Of a stretch of DNA of 26,890 nucleotides, positions 1-9,563 are shown one piece after another. The stretch spans positions 1-26,890 of the forward strand of contig JBDHWW010000039.1 in assembly GCA_039810425.1 (NCBI GenBank), read 5' to 3'. Position numbers and translations under genes: made by a program. The number at the start of each line of letters is the position of its first letter. The first letter of the stretch is position 1. This stretch comes from Pseudobdellovibrionaceae bacterium. GTDB lineage: Bacteria; Bdellovibrionota; Bdellovibrionia; Bdellovibrionales; Bdellovibrionaceae. The notes beneath the pieces are model-generated. The model saw only the letters and a list, made by a program, of their open reading frames with translations. It made no database searches and was not told where the DNA came from.

Positions 1-183
1 CTGGTGAGTCTTCTTTCAAAGCTTAAAGGGAGGTCCCTCAAGGGCCTTTTTGATCTTCGCCCTTTTACTAAGATTTTGTCTTGGGGGAAGCAGTTTAAAG
101 CCGTGATCGCCTATCATGAACTCAATGATTTAGAGGGGCGTGGGCTTCTGGTGAGAAAGAAGAAAACGAAACGCCCGGGATAA
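1..183 (+). CDS. Possible 3' end of a CDS entering from the left edge (product unknown)
   Basis: Frame +1 is open from base 1 (LVSLLSKLKGRSLKGLFDLRPFTKILSWGKQFKAVIAYHELNDLEGRGLLVRKKKTKRPG) to TAA at 181-183, followed by TAG TAG. No family recognised. Confidence 0.35.
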   Translation: MVSLLSKLKGRSLKGLFDLRPFTKILSWGKQFKAVIAYHELNDLEGRGLLVRKKKTKRPG

Positions 184-345
184 TAGTAGCTGCGAGGCCC
201 TCCCTATTTTTATGTGCTTTATCATAACTCGGTTTTCATCAAGCAGACATAGATTAGCGTCCAAGCCCGAGCACCAGCATCCGCCCGCCCATCGCATGGA
301 GGCAGATCCGCCGTGTTTGGGACTCCATATCAACAGCGCAAGGGA

Positions 346-837
346 TCAGTTTTTTAAATTTATCAAGTCCTTTAAGAGGCTGCAAGGTTCAGGCACGGTC
401 GCCAGTGCTTTTTTGTACGAAGCAGCCGGTAAAGATTCGAGCTTTTTTTCGAGGGACTTTATCAGTTCAGCCGCTCTTGACTTGAGGGCTTGCTCGGTTT
501 TGACGGACGTCAAGTACCTTTCATAAACTTGGCAACTCCCCCGCCTTTCGCAGCTTTCAATTTTGACCTTTAACTCTGGCCAATCGCTCTCTTGCAGAGA
601 CTGTTTTTGCCACCTCCTGCCCGCCGCATCCATGGCTAAGGAAAGATTTCCTCCGAGGACCGCAAAACTTTCTAATTTGAGGCCACAGGACTTCATCCAT
701 GCATCTTCTGGATTGTCGAGCGCAACTCTGGTCGCCACGTTTTGACGGCGCAGGTTTTCCAGTGCCCCATAGGGAACGGCCGCATGAGTAGAGAGTCCCA
801 ATAAAAGCGCACTTAGAAAACCCGCGTACATTGGCAT
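346..837 (-). CDS. Secreted hypothetical protein with 4 Cys
   Basis: 163-aa ORF with a signal peptide (…LSTHA-A). Starts 2 nt after the deacetylase stop. Confidence 0.8.
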   Translation of the reverse strand: MPMYAGFLSALLLGLSTHAAVPYGALENLRRQNVATRVALDNPEDAWMKSCGLKLESFAVLGGNLSLAMDAAGRRWQKQSLQESDWPELKVKIESCERRGSCQVYERYLTSVKTEQALKSRAAELIKSLEKKLESLPAASYKKALATVPEPCSLLKDLINLKN

Positions 838-839
838 AA

Positions 840-2177
840 TTACTTTGGCATCTCTGGAATGTCCAAAATACTCACTGCTTTGTATTGGGGATTGGCTCTG
901 ATGTAATCAACCATCAATTGTGCCGCCTTGGCTGATTGTGGATGAATATCATGGAAAAGAACAATGCCTCGGCCGACAGCTTTCATTTGCGCAACCACAC
1001 GATCGCGAATCGATACTGGATTCTTATCTTGCCAGTCCAGAGAATCCACGCGCCAAAAAAAGTGCTCAAGATTCAGCGCCTGAAAACGCGCGCCAATGAG
1101 GGCACTCTTAACCCCTGAACCATACGGTAAGCGGAAGTAACGCACCGGGCGCCCCAGTGCGTTGCCAAGAGTTGTCACCGCCCCATTAATTTCAAAATCC
1201 AAGGCTTTTATATTCCCTGCTTTCGCGAGAGCCCCCAAGTTCTCATGGTCTACGGAGTGAGAACCAATCACATAGCCCTGAGAGTTAGTCTCGCTCACCA
1301 CCGATTTAAGACGATCGACATTTTTTGAGAGCCAGAAAAAAGTCGGCTTTGCCATGCCTGCAAGATCTCAAGTCTCGCGAATCTCTTTGGTGAAAGACGG
1401 ATGTGGCCCGTCGTCATAGGTAAAAACGAACTGCCCCGCCGGCAAAGATGCCCCGACCCAATTACGATGAGTCCAATCGTAAGATGTAGCTTGGTTCGGC
1501 TTGCGAGCTTCACTAAAACATGTACCGGCCTTTAAATCCTCTTTTGTTACTTTTGAGTACTGCGCCATTCGTTTCCCCACGTAGTTGGCCATGGCCTTAT
1601 CATCAAAAGGATTGACATGAAACTCAGGAAACTTCCCTACTTCTGCCGTAAAACAATCCTTGGCGCCACAATTCAGAATCTCATCTTCCGTCAACATCCG
1701 CACCATTTGCATCGTGGCGATTTCATTTAAAGTGTCCGCTTTCGCAAACTCACGGAGCTGAGTATAGAACCACTCCTTACCGGCAGGACCGTTCTGTATC
1801 GCCGCGGCCATAATCACCCGCAGCTTATCTTCGATCTTTTCTTGCAAGGGCCGTAAATCTTGCAAACGGCAATAGAGATGTGAGTTCATCAACTGATCTG
1901 CATCACGAGATGAGGATATCTTCGCAATCCTCGCATCAAACGAGGATGCAAGAATTTGTGCGATACGAACTCCAGCCATAAGCTCTTTCACCCGCCGTGA
2001 GTCTTGATTGTCGGCGACCGCTTTAAAAAGAGCCACTTCACTCTCTTCGAGTTGTTTTAGAGGAATCGCCGCGACGCTCGACGGATGACGGACATCTTCT
2101 TTTTTTATATCAGTGTGGCTGCAAGCCCCAGCCAAAAGAACCACGACCATTGTCAAAACTGCGCGGGAAAAACTCAT
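840..2177 (-). pseudogene. Polysaccharide (peptidoglycan GlcNAc) deacetylase, CE4/NodB lipoprotein, interrupted by one in-frame TGA at 1368-1370
   Basis: ORFs 1368-2177 and 840-1355 share a frame (…IRET-TGA-DLAGMAKPTFFW…). Lipobox-like LAGAC. All five CE4 motifs are present: TYDDGP, HSVDH, RLPYG, DSLDW, LFHD. RBS GGAG upstream of 2177. Confidence 0.85.
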
Positions 2178-2225
2178 TGCAATAACTCCTCTATAAACTC
2201 AGCCTAACGGAAATGTGCAAAAACG

Positions 2226-2816
2226 TTATTTTAAAGAGAACAGGTTGAGTCCTGAAATCATCCCCGGGACGTCCCGGCCAAAAATAAGGGAAGCGGCGGG
2301 CAACACGACAATTCCCGTTGCCACAACCAGAGTGGCGCGAACGACCACCTTCAGAAAGTACCAGCTCGACATTCTCTCTTGGGGCTTCCCAAGGCGAATA
2401 TCGCAGGCTGCTTCGCCAATAGAAGAGCCGATAAAAAATCTCGTCGTGATCATATAGAGCCACGAGCCGATCACGTAGATCAATGCAAAATCCCGCAGAA
2501 GATCTTTCGTGAGAGGCACTTTGATAATTTTGATAAATACCAGCAAAAAAATGCAACTCATCCCGATCAGCAAAAACGCATCAATCATCGATGCCACAAA
2601 GGACCACATCGTCAGTTGATACCCTTTACGCCGTCTTGTGGGACCGCTATGAAAGCCCGTGCCGATCTCCCATTCGAGGTTGTGACGATTTCTAAATATT
2701 TTCTTGAGCGATTCAGGGTCACCCGCCGGGACAGGCGGTTTCTTCCCTATCGGCCCCTCTGGGAACTCTGGAGGAATCAGGGGAGCGTTTTCCGGTTTAA
2801 TGCGATCGGTATTCAT
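2226..2816 (-). CDS. RDD-family-like membrane protein
   Basis: Start at MNTD with AAGGAGG RBS. Contains 'ASMIDAFL', TM helices, 'SSIGEAACDIRL' and 'RATL', as in RDD domains. Confidence 0.7.
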   Translation of the reverse strand: MNTDRIKPENAPLIPPEFPEGPIGKKPPVPAGDPESLKKIFRNRHNLEWEIGTGFHSGPTRRRKGYQLTMWSFVASMIDAFLLIGMSCIFLLVFIKIIKVPLTKDLLRDFALIYVIGSWLYMITTRFFIGSSIGEAACDIRLGKPQERMSSWYFLKVVVRATLVVATGIVVLPAASLIFGRDVPGMISGLNLFSLK

Positions 2817-2950
2817 GCGTTCCCCTCCTTTATGTATCTTATCATTTTCTTTCTTCGTCGTTTCGCCATTGCGTGGTGCCGAGTTAAATGTGGACATTCG
2901 TCTAGACAATACTTAGTCTAGCACGAAACATAATCTATAAAGGAAGCATT

Positions 2951-3220
2951 ATGTTACGTCTTATTTCGACAACTTTTATTGCTCTTTTCATCGCCGGTTC
3001 CGTGTTTGCCGCAGCAGAAAAAACCTATCAAGTCACAGGACCGATTCTCGAAGTGACAGACTCAACGATCATCGTTGATAAGAAAGGTGAAAAATGGGAG
3101 GTCTCTAAAGACGCGGCTTCCGTTGTTCACGGTGAACTTAAAAAAGGTGCGAAAGTCACTATCAAATACAAGATGGTCGCCACAGACGTTGAAGTCAAAA
3201 CCGAAGCCAAAAAGAAGTAG
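2951..3220 (+). CDS. Small periplasmic beta-rich (OB-fold-like) protein
   Basis: 89 aa, AAGGAAG RBS, signal peptide (VFA-A), 'VTGPILEVTDSTIIV…GELKKGAKVTIKY' pattern. Followed by a terminator. Confidence 0.85.
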   Translation: MLRLISTTFIALFIAGSVFAAAEKTYQVTGPILEVTDSTIIVDKKGEKWEVSKDAASVVHGELKKGAKVTIKYKMVATDVEVKTEAKKK

Positions 3221-3238
3221 TTTTCAACTCTAAAAAAC

Positions 3239-3268
3239 AAAAACCCCGAGTTTTCACTCGGGGTTTTT
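3239..3268. terminator. Bidirectional intrinsic terminator
   Basis: AAAAACCCCGAGT-TTTC-ACTCGGGGTTTTT perfect hairpin with A/T tails between convergent genes. Confidence 0.9.
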
Positions 3269-3303
3269 ATGACTCTATTTTTTCAATTTTCCGGATCTAT
3301 TTC

Positions 3304-5247
3304 TTACCTAACGCCACCGGAGGTTGACGTCGATGTCCCTGTTGTGGACTCAACAAACGGAGTCACTGCAGGGCTCGGGATCGGATTCGGATCCACCACT
3401 GGTGGCGGTTGGATCGGAGGAACCGATGGAACTACCGGCGTTGTTGGTACTACTGGCACCGCCGGGTTCGTCACCGGAGAACAGATCAACGGAGCCGGAG
3501 GACATGGATCTGGATCGACGGTTGGTTTAGGATTTTTGTCTCGGGTCAGCCACCAGATGAAGCCGGCAACCCCCGCGAACACGAGGCCGCCGATCAACCA
3601 TTTACACCAAGTACAGCCCGCCGCTGCTGCCACACATCTGTTGTTTTTGTCATCTTGCCCATTTGGATTGACCTGTTGGTCCTTATTACACGTTTCATTA
3701 CCGTCATTGCCCTTAGTAATGACTGGAACAGTCGCGGTACAAGCAGGAACCTCTTTGCCGTCTTCCAACAAGCTGCCAAGCTCATCACCCGCGCGGCACA
3801 CGCACTTGCCATTGACTGCCTCAGAGTTCCGCGGAGTCTCACCAACGCCACACTCAATACCCGTAGCTGGCGGCACAGGAGGCGGTATTGGAGCTACAGG
3901 GTAAGAATCAAGTTCGATTTTACGAAGCGCCAAAGCTTGGCAGGCAGATTGCTGTTCGCTGCGAACCTTTTGGATATTGCTGAGTGGCTCCACATTACAT
4001 GCTGTCGTTGCCTTGTCGATATACGTATTCAGGTCACCAAGATATTTTGCGATCAAATCGTATTGTTCTTTTGGAACTTTACCATCTTTGAAAGTTAAGC
4101 CATCAACGCCCAGCTTTTTGAGCGCTTCTGGATCTTTCTGAGCCAAGTAGGACTCAATGATACGCTTTTTATCCGCTTGCTCGTCCGCAGTTCCCTTACG
4201 AAGAGGGGATGCTGCTGGACAGGCCTGAGAAGTTGAGTTGTAAATTTCAGATTTCCTGCCAGCATTCTTCACGCAGATGGCGGAACCGTTTGAGTTGAAA
4301 CCGTACACGAGCGGATTGCAAGAAACAGTTCCATTCGAGCAACGGCCTCCGCCCCATTTCTCCATTTCTTGGATTAACTTCGCACGGCCGGGGCCCGTAC
4401 CACCACAAGAGTAGTCATTACCGTAAGACGCCAAATAGCCCGCCACGATACAAGGATCGCCTGGCATCGCGCCACGGATTTGTTTTGTGCCGGCGGCGTT
4501 AGCTTCTTCCATCATCAACCATTGAACGAAGAATTCTTTCTTCACTTCGTTCATAGCCGTCTTACCGTAATACGCAGCCATAACCGCTTCGGCATTTTCC
4601 AGAACGTAACGAACTTTCAACAAGTATCCGGCACGCTCTTTTGCGGTCAAGCGGCTGTACTCTTCGTAGCCCAAAAGAATCGATTGCGTGAATTGATTCT
4701 TTGGTTTTGTTCTATTCATTTGATCTTTGATCGGCTTATTGCCGTGAACGATCTTACGAATGGCTTGTTCATGATATTTGATATCATCTTTCGTCAAAAA
4801 GACATTGTTCACTTTTACGAACTTCGCGTTGTCATCAGGATTGTAAGACGCAGTCACGGTTTGACCGTCTTTCGTCATCATTAAACGAACGCGTTCTTTG
4901 CCTTCGCTGTCTTTGTACGTCGTAGCTTGAAATTCCGGCATGAGCTCGTTACGGTTCATTCGAGCCCACTCATCCATTTGCGCGCGAAGCGTACGTGGGT
5001 AGAAAGGGCGCATTTTGGCGTGGAACTCACCCACCGTCATCTTTTTCTTTATTGCAAGACCGGTATACTTCAGAAACTCTTGTACGGCTTTTTTATCAAC
5101 GTTGTAATCGACTTTGGTTGCCTGAGCGCGAGCCTTCGCTTCAGCGTATATTTTTGCCGTTGCTTTGGCCTCCGCCCCTTGTGCCAAAGGAGCCATCGCC
5201 ATACTGAGCGCGGCCGTGAATGCCGCGGAAAATTTAAATAGCTTCAT
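3304..5247 (-). CDS. Large exported Cys-rich hypothetical protein with C-terminal TM helix and Pro-rich tail
   Basis: 647 aa, signal peptide, many Cys, TM 'WLIGGLVFAGVAGFIWWL', PV/PT-rich tail ending GGVR. AGAGG RBS. Confidence 0.85.
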   Translation of the reverse strand: MKLFKFSAAFTAALSMAMAPLAQGAEAKATAKIYAEAKARAQATKVDYNVDKKAVQEFLKYTGLAIKKKMTVGEFHAKMRPFYPRTLRAQMDEWARMNRNELMPEFQATTYKDSEGKERVRLMMTKDGQTVTASYNPDDNAKFVKVNNVFLTKDDIKYHEQAIRKIVHGNKPIKDQMNRTKPKNQFTQSILLGYEEYSRLTAKERAGYLLKVRYVLENAEAVMAAYYGKTAMNEVKKEFFVQWLMMEEANAAGTKQIRGAMPGDPCIVAGYLASYGNDYSCGGTGPGRAKLIQEMEKWGGGRCSNGTVSCNPLVYGFNSNGSAICVKNAGRKSEIYNSTSQACPAASPLRKGTADEQADKKRIIESYLAQKDPEALKKLGVDGLTFKDGKVPKEQYDLIAKYLGDLNTYIDKATTACNVEPLSNIQKVRSEQQSACQALALRKIELDSYPVAPIPPPVPPATGIECGVGETPRNSEAVNGKCVCRAGDELGSLLEDGKEVPACTATVPVITKGNDGNETCNKDQQVNPNGQDDKNNRCVAAAAGCTWCKWLIGGLVFAGVAGFIWWLTRDKNPKPTVDPDPCPPAPLICSPVTNPAVPVVPTTPVVPSVPPIQPPPVVDPNPIPSPAVTPFVESTTGTSTSTSGGVR

Positions 5248-5276
5248 ACCAGAACCTCTTTTCCACTACGCTTCCT

Positions 5277-5303
5277 GTATCGGATTCCAATAACAAAACT
5301 TAA
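5277..5303 (-). promoter_or_regulatory. Sigma28 (FliA)-like promoter
   Basis: TTAAGTTT-N11-TCCGATAC versus consensus TAAAGTTT-N11-GCCGATAA, 30 nt upstream of the 647-aa gene. Confidence 0.6.
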
Positions 5304-5341
5304 GAGTTCGCCCCGGCAAAAGTCCAGACTACATAGGCCTT

Positions 5342-6079
5342 TTAGCCATTTTTGGACTTAAGCCAGGCTTCGAGAACGCCCCGAGCGCCCCAGCCGAAGT
5401 GTTTGTACTTAAGACGAAGAACATCACCAGAGAACTCAATCACTTCCGCTTTTACTTTTTTCAAGCCTGGAAGTTCAGAAAATGTAAACTCAACTTCTGT
5501 CTTGCCTTTAAGACCGTCCGCCTCTTTCGCCAGGCGGATACGAATACCGGCTGTGGACACGGACTCGGTCAAGCCGGCAAGTTCTCCACCCGTATGAACG
5601 ATCACAGGAGATTTAACATCGTAACGATGAGCGGTTGGGAACATCCATTGCTGGCGTCGATCCAAGTACGGGTATCTTGCGTAAAACGCGATGATCAAAA
5701 CAGAAAATGTCACGAGGATTGAAATCAGGATTTGAACGCGGACGAAGTCGGGATTGATAACCGTGTCGTCGATCGTAAAAGCTCTGTACGTATTCATCGC
5801 AAGAACGACAAGCAAAGAAATCACTGCGATCAACCATGCGGATTTATGTCTCATCAAGAGCGAAAAACCCGCAATAAAAATGCCGGCCAACCAGAGCCAG
5901 TCGGCAATAGGAATCGTCTTTACAAGCTCCAAAAATTCCGCGGGGTAGTACCAGTTCACAACACCGCTGCCAGCAAAGCTGACAATGATATTTCCGAGCG
6001 GCGCGAGCATAAAAAGCAACGCTAAAATATAGATGCCAACAGGTTGTTTTAATTCCTGAGCCTGAGTGTCTTGAGTCAT
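5342..6079 (-). CDS. 4-TM membrane protein with C-terminal degenerate PilZ domain
   Basis: Start MTQD after a G-rich RBS. Four hydrophobic helices, then 'TAHRYDV…ESVSTAGIRI…VKAEVI…LRLKY', a PilZ-like barrel. Confidence 0.75.
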   Translation of the reverse strand: MTQDTQAQELKQPVGIYILALLFMLAPLGNIIVSFAGSGVVNWYYPAEFLELVKTIPIADWLWLAGIFIAGFSLLMRHKSAWLIAVISLLVVLAMNTYRAFTIDDTVINPDFVRVQILISILVTFSVLIIAFYARYPYLDRRQQWMFPTAHRYDVKSPVIVHTGGELAGLTESVSTAGIRIRLAKEADGLKGKTEVEFTFSELPGLKKVKAEVIEFSGDVLRLKYKHFGWGARGVLEAWLKSKNG

Positions 6080-6156
6080 AATCCCCCCCACAAACACATG
6101 ATAGTTGACGTTGAAGACAAAAGGAAGCGCCTTAAGTCCGCCTCGACCATGGTCGA

Positions 6157-7635
6157 TCATCGTACGAGCTGTGGACAACTCTCTACACAGGCCTCTTGGG
6201 TCATTTTAATACGCGATCCCATGCAAGTCGGCACGAGACTATGACGAATCACCGAGCCCGTGCCTAAATTAGGAGTATAGCTTTTGTTATTTACGCGGGC
6301 TAAACACGAATAGTAAGCATACTTTTCAAGTGTCACGCGCATCTTATCACTTGTTGGCAAATAGTCTTTTGCCTGAAACCGATTCATCCCGACAGCGTTT
6401 TTGCTTGGACTGCTTTGAATGACGACGAAATCAAAATCTTTTGCCGCAACCCTCGCACAGCCCTCGACCGTTTTGACATCATTGAGGCCAAACGGATCCG
6501 CACCTATGGTGTCGACCATCAGAACGTGGCCAGGAACTGCCACGATATCACCCGCCTTCAGATCAGACTTCGATGTCACCGTGATTTTCGCCAAGCAGCT
6601 GAGGCCGTTTTTTTGCGGCTCTACGTACATTGTGGAGCTCACACCGTTCACGCCGGTGGCTTTCATGTTTTTACCTGGAGCAATACGCAATCCCGCCGTC
6701 GCAAGGGCTGTATAAATCAAACCCGAGCAATCAGTCCCAAGAACAGAGGTTCCGTTCCCGGCATTTTTAAAAAAATTCAAATACGAAGTCAAACCCGCCG
6801 TGACCGCCGGTTTTCCACCGTAATCGTAAATCATCGGATAAGCGCGGCCATTCAAACAAGAAGCGCCGTAGTTATCCACATTTTTGTAATAAGGATGGCT
6901 GCGGAGGAGCGCCGTCGTGCTTGCAATCACCCGCATATTGCCAACACCATCGGAGTGCTTACCCGTAATCTTAATGGCCGCATCTTCGATATCCGGAGTG
7001 CTTGTGGACATGACGGGTTCGCTAAGAGCTTGGCACGTCTGGTAGGCCGTTGCCATCGCGAAGCGTGCGCCATAAACCGGCAATGCCAAACTGGTTTGGA
7101 TCTTTTCAACTCCTGGATCGACTTCCGGTGTTGGCGGAGCCCCGCACTGAACATCCATCGCCGCCGCCTGCGCTTTGATCTTTGCAAATTGCGTAGTTAT
7201 TTTTTCCTGAAGCTGCGCTTTGCTTTCGGTGGTGCGATCACCCACCTCCATTGCGGACAGCACTTCCAAAAGAGTTTGCGAATCTTGCACCTTTTCCATC
7301 TTCGGCGCGTCCGTCAGCATAATCTCATAGAGAGCGTCAATCTCTCTTGCGAGCGCCTCCACTTTTTCCGGAGTTGCAGACTCCGCCGGGACGTTGAGGC
7401 TTTTCAGAGAAACCCTTAAACGGCCTCTCAACTCTTCAGCCGTTGGCATGGCCTGTTGCTCGACGAGATACTTATTTACGGCATCCCAGGATTTGCTTTC
7501 AAAATCGCTGCAACCAACAGCACTGGTCGTGTCACCAGCGATGCCGTCCAAAGCTTGAAAGTTTTTCGGCGCACAGGCGGAAAGCATAAGGACGCCGAAA
7601 GCAAGGACCGCGGTAAAGACGTTAATTTTTCTCAT
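6157..7635 (-). CDS. Lipoprotein with NlpC/P60-like (papain-fold) domain
   Basis: Lipobox LSAC. 'YDYGGK…GTDCSGLIY…GDIV…GHVLMV' gives the Cys/His catalytic motifs. Confidence 0.75.
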   Translation of the reverse strand: MRKINVFTAVLAFGVLMLSACAPKNFQALDGIAGDTTSAVGCSDFESKSWDAVNKYLVEQQAMPTAEELRGRLRVSLKSLNVPAESATPEKVEALAREIDALYEIMLTDAPKMEKVQDSQTLLEVLSAMEVGDRTTESKAQLQEKITTQFAKIKAQAAAMDVQCGAPPTPEVDPGVEKIQTSLALPVYGARFAMATAYQTCQALSEPVMSTSTPDIEDAAIKITGKHSDGVGNMRVIASTTALLRSHPYYKNVDNYGASCLNGRAYPMIYDYGGKPAVTAGLTSYLNFFKNAGNGTSVLGTDCSGLIYTALATAGLRIAPGKNMKATGVNGVSSTMYVEPQKNGLSCLAKITVTSKSDLKAGDIVAVPGHVLMVDTIGADPFGLNDVKTVEGCARVAAKDFDFVVIQSSPSKNAVGMNRFQAKDYLPTSDKMRVTLEKYAYYSCLARVNNKSYTPNLGTGSVIRHSLVPTCMGSRIKMTQEACVESCPQLVR

Positions 7636-7702
7636 GCCTTTATTTTTGGCATTTTTGATTTTTTTTGCTGATCCAGAAGTATAAAACTGGTCCGGAGTCG
7701 GC

Positions 7703-7732
7703 TTGACTTAAGCCTGTCATTAACCCTTTACT
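7703..7732 (+). promoter_or_regulatory. Possible sigma70 promoter for mscS-ttcA
   Basis: TTGACT-N18-TTTACT ending 7 nt before ATG 7740. Confidence 0.3.
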
Positions 7733-7739
7733 GAAGGGC

Positions 7740-8798
7740 ATGAACGAAAAATTTATAAAAACGCAGGCGCTTTATTCCATAATTGATTGGGAACCCTTTG
7801 TTCTGCTTGGCTGTTTACTCGCCGTCACCTGGATTTTTTATAAGTTTTTTCTATCTGCGGTTTCGCCGGAAAGGCACACCAGTATTCGCGCTCAGTTCGC
7901 GGCCCTTCTACGCCATTTTATTATTTTCACACTCAGTTTCATCGCCTTCATGTCGCTCCATTCCCTGACCGGCGGCGACTTTGCCAACGTGGCCCGAATC
8001 ACACCGTACATCGCCTTGATGACCTTCATTTGGGGCTCGATTGTTTTTGTGAAAACCTGCCGCCTTCTTGTTTTGCAATATCTCTTCTTAGGATCAATGC
8101 GTGCTGGCGTGCCGCTTTTGTTGGTAAACATTTTCTCTTTGATCCTATCAATCATTCTGACGGTGTGGGCTCTGGCGCATGTGTTTGGCCTTGATCTTGG
8201 CCCGTTGGTTGCAACGTCCGCGGCGTTTTCAATCATTCTCGGTCTGGCGCTTCAAGATACGCTCGGGAATCTTTTCGCCGGGATCTCTTTGCAGATCGAT
8301 AAGTCCTACGAAATCGGCGACTGGCTCGAAGTCGTTCAGGGGATCCAGCGCGCCGTCGGCCAGGTCAAAGAAATCAGCTGGCGATCGACGATTCTCGTGG
8401 GTTTTTCCGATGAAGAAATCACGCTCCCGAACCGCACCATGGCCAATGCTCAGATTTCGAATTTCTCTCCTGACGGCCACCCGATCGTCCGGAGCCAGGT
8501 CTTTCGCCTGCCATATCACTGCGACCTAGAGAAAGCCAAAGAGCTTCTTGAGCGCGCGGTTGTAGAAATTTCAGATATTCGCGGTCTGCCAGCTCCATTT
8601 GCGTACATCCAAGAGACCACGGAGAGCTGGGTGGCAATGAAGGTAATTTACTTTATCGACAATTTCGGGGGGCAATTTACAATTGGCGATAAAGTGATGC
8701 GAAAAGGGATTGATGCCCTCCGGACTCATGGTATAGAACTCGCACGTACCGTGATTGAGTATCAGCCAAAGAGTTTAGAGAATGAGCGCACCCGTTGA
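7740..8798 (+). CDS. mscS: MscS-family mechanosensitive channel
   Basis: TM helices and 'ILGLALQDTLGNLFAGISLQIDKSYEIGDWL…GQVKEISWRST…LPN' signature. Confidence 0.92.
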   Translation: MNEKFIKTQALYSIIDWEPFVLLGCLLAVTWIFYKFFLSAVSPERHTSIRAQFAALLRHFIIFTLSFIAFMSLHSLTGGDFANVARITPYIALMTFIWGSIVFVKTCRLLVLQYLFLGSMRAGVPLLLVNIFSLILSIILTVWALAHVFGLDLGPLVATSAAFSIILGLALQDTLGNLFAGISLQIDKSYEIGDWLEVVQGIQRAVGQVKEISWRSTILVGFSDEEITLPNRTMANAQISNFSPDGHPIVRSQVFRLPYHCDLEKAKELLERAVVEISDIRGLPAPFAYIQETTESWVAMKVIYFIDNFGGQFTIGDKVMRKGIDALRTHGIELARTVIEYQPKSLENERTR

Positions 8799-9558
8799 TT
8801 TTGAAAGCCCCCTAGCCGTTAAAATTCGCAAACAAATCGTCCAGGCGTTGAACGATTTTGACATGATCGAAGATGGCGATAAGATCGCGGTCGCTGTTTC
8901 CGGCGGCAAAGACTCCAGCATTCTTGTGGCACTCCTCAATGAGATCCGCAAGCGTTCGGCGCGTAAATTCACGATCGAAGCCATGATCCTAGATCAAAAA
9001 CAACCGGGCTTTGATGCCCAGGCCTTTAAGAATTGGATCGAGTCGCTCGGTGTAAAGTTGCACATTCTGGAACGCGATACTTACAGCATCGTCAAAGAAA
9101 AAACTCCGGAAGGTGCCGTGTACTGCACGCTGTGCGCGAAATTCCGCCGCGCGATTCTTTACGATTTTTCCCATGACCACGGTTTTACGAAAATGGCTTT
9201 GGGTCATCACCGCGATGACCTTATTGAAACCACCTTATTAAATATGTTCTACATCGGCCAGTTGGGCACGATGCCGCCGAAGCTGAAGTCCGATGATGGC
9301 CGCAACATCGTTTTGAGACCACTTGCTTACGTCGCTGAAAAAGACCTGACCCAGCTTGCAAAAGACTGGGGCTTCCCGGTCATCCCTTGCAATCTTTGTG
9401 GCTCCCAAGACACTTTAAAGCGCAAAAAAATGAAGAAGCTCGTACAGGATCTTGAAAAAGATATTCCAAACATCGGCTCATCCATCATCACGGCTTTAGG
9501 GAATGTAAACCCAAGCCAACTCCTCGACCAGGAGCTCTGGGACTATAAGAATTTCTAG
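8782..9558 (+). CDS. ttcA: tRNA 2-thiocytidine(32) synthetase
   Basis: PP-loop SGGKDS, LDQKQPGF, CTLC, ALGHHRDD, MPPKL, RPL, IPCNLCGSQ. Confidence 0.96.
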   Translation: MSAPVDFESPLAVKIRKQIVQALNDFDMIEDGDKIAVAVSGGKDSSILVALLNEIRKRSARKFTIEAMILDQKQPGFDAQAFKNWIESLGVKLHILERDTYSIVKEKTPEGAVYCTLCAKFRRAILYDFSHDHGFTKMALGHHRDDLIETTLLNMFYIGQLGTMPPKLKSDDGRNIVLRPLAYVAEKDLTQLAKDWGFPVIPCNLCGSQDTLKRKKMKKLVQDLEKDIPNIGSSIITALGNVNPSQLLDQELWDYKNF

Positions 9559-9563
9559 CTTCC

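Noticed and set aside
281..291. CCGCCCGCCCA shared in inverted orientation with about 25280-25290
   Set aside because: An 11-nt low-complexity match with no extended similarity. Not evidence of terminal repeats.
1340..1370. TGA as selenocysteine or a genome-wide UGA=Trp recoding
   Set aside because: There is no convincing SECIS hairpin after the TGA and the position is non-catalytic. Other genes (mscS, ABC genes, QueC-like) end in TGA with sensible overlaps, so code 11 holds.
3269..7419. Long + strand ORFs (3269-3904, 3409-4098, 6415-7419) and similar shadow ORFs elsewhere
   Set aside because: Antisense to well-supported genes, with no recognisable motifs.
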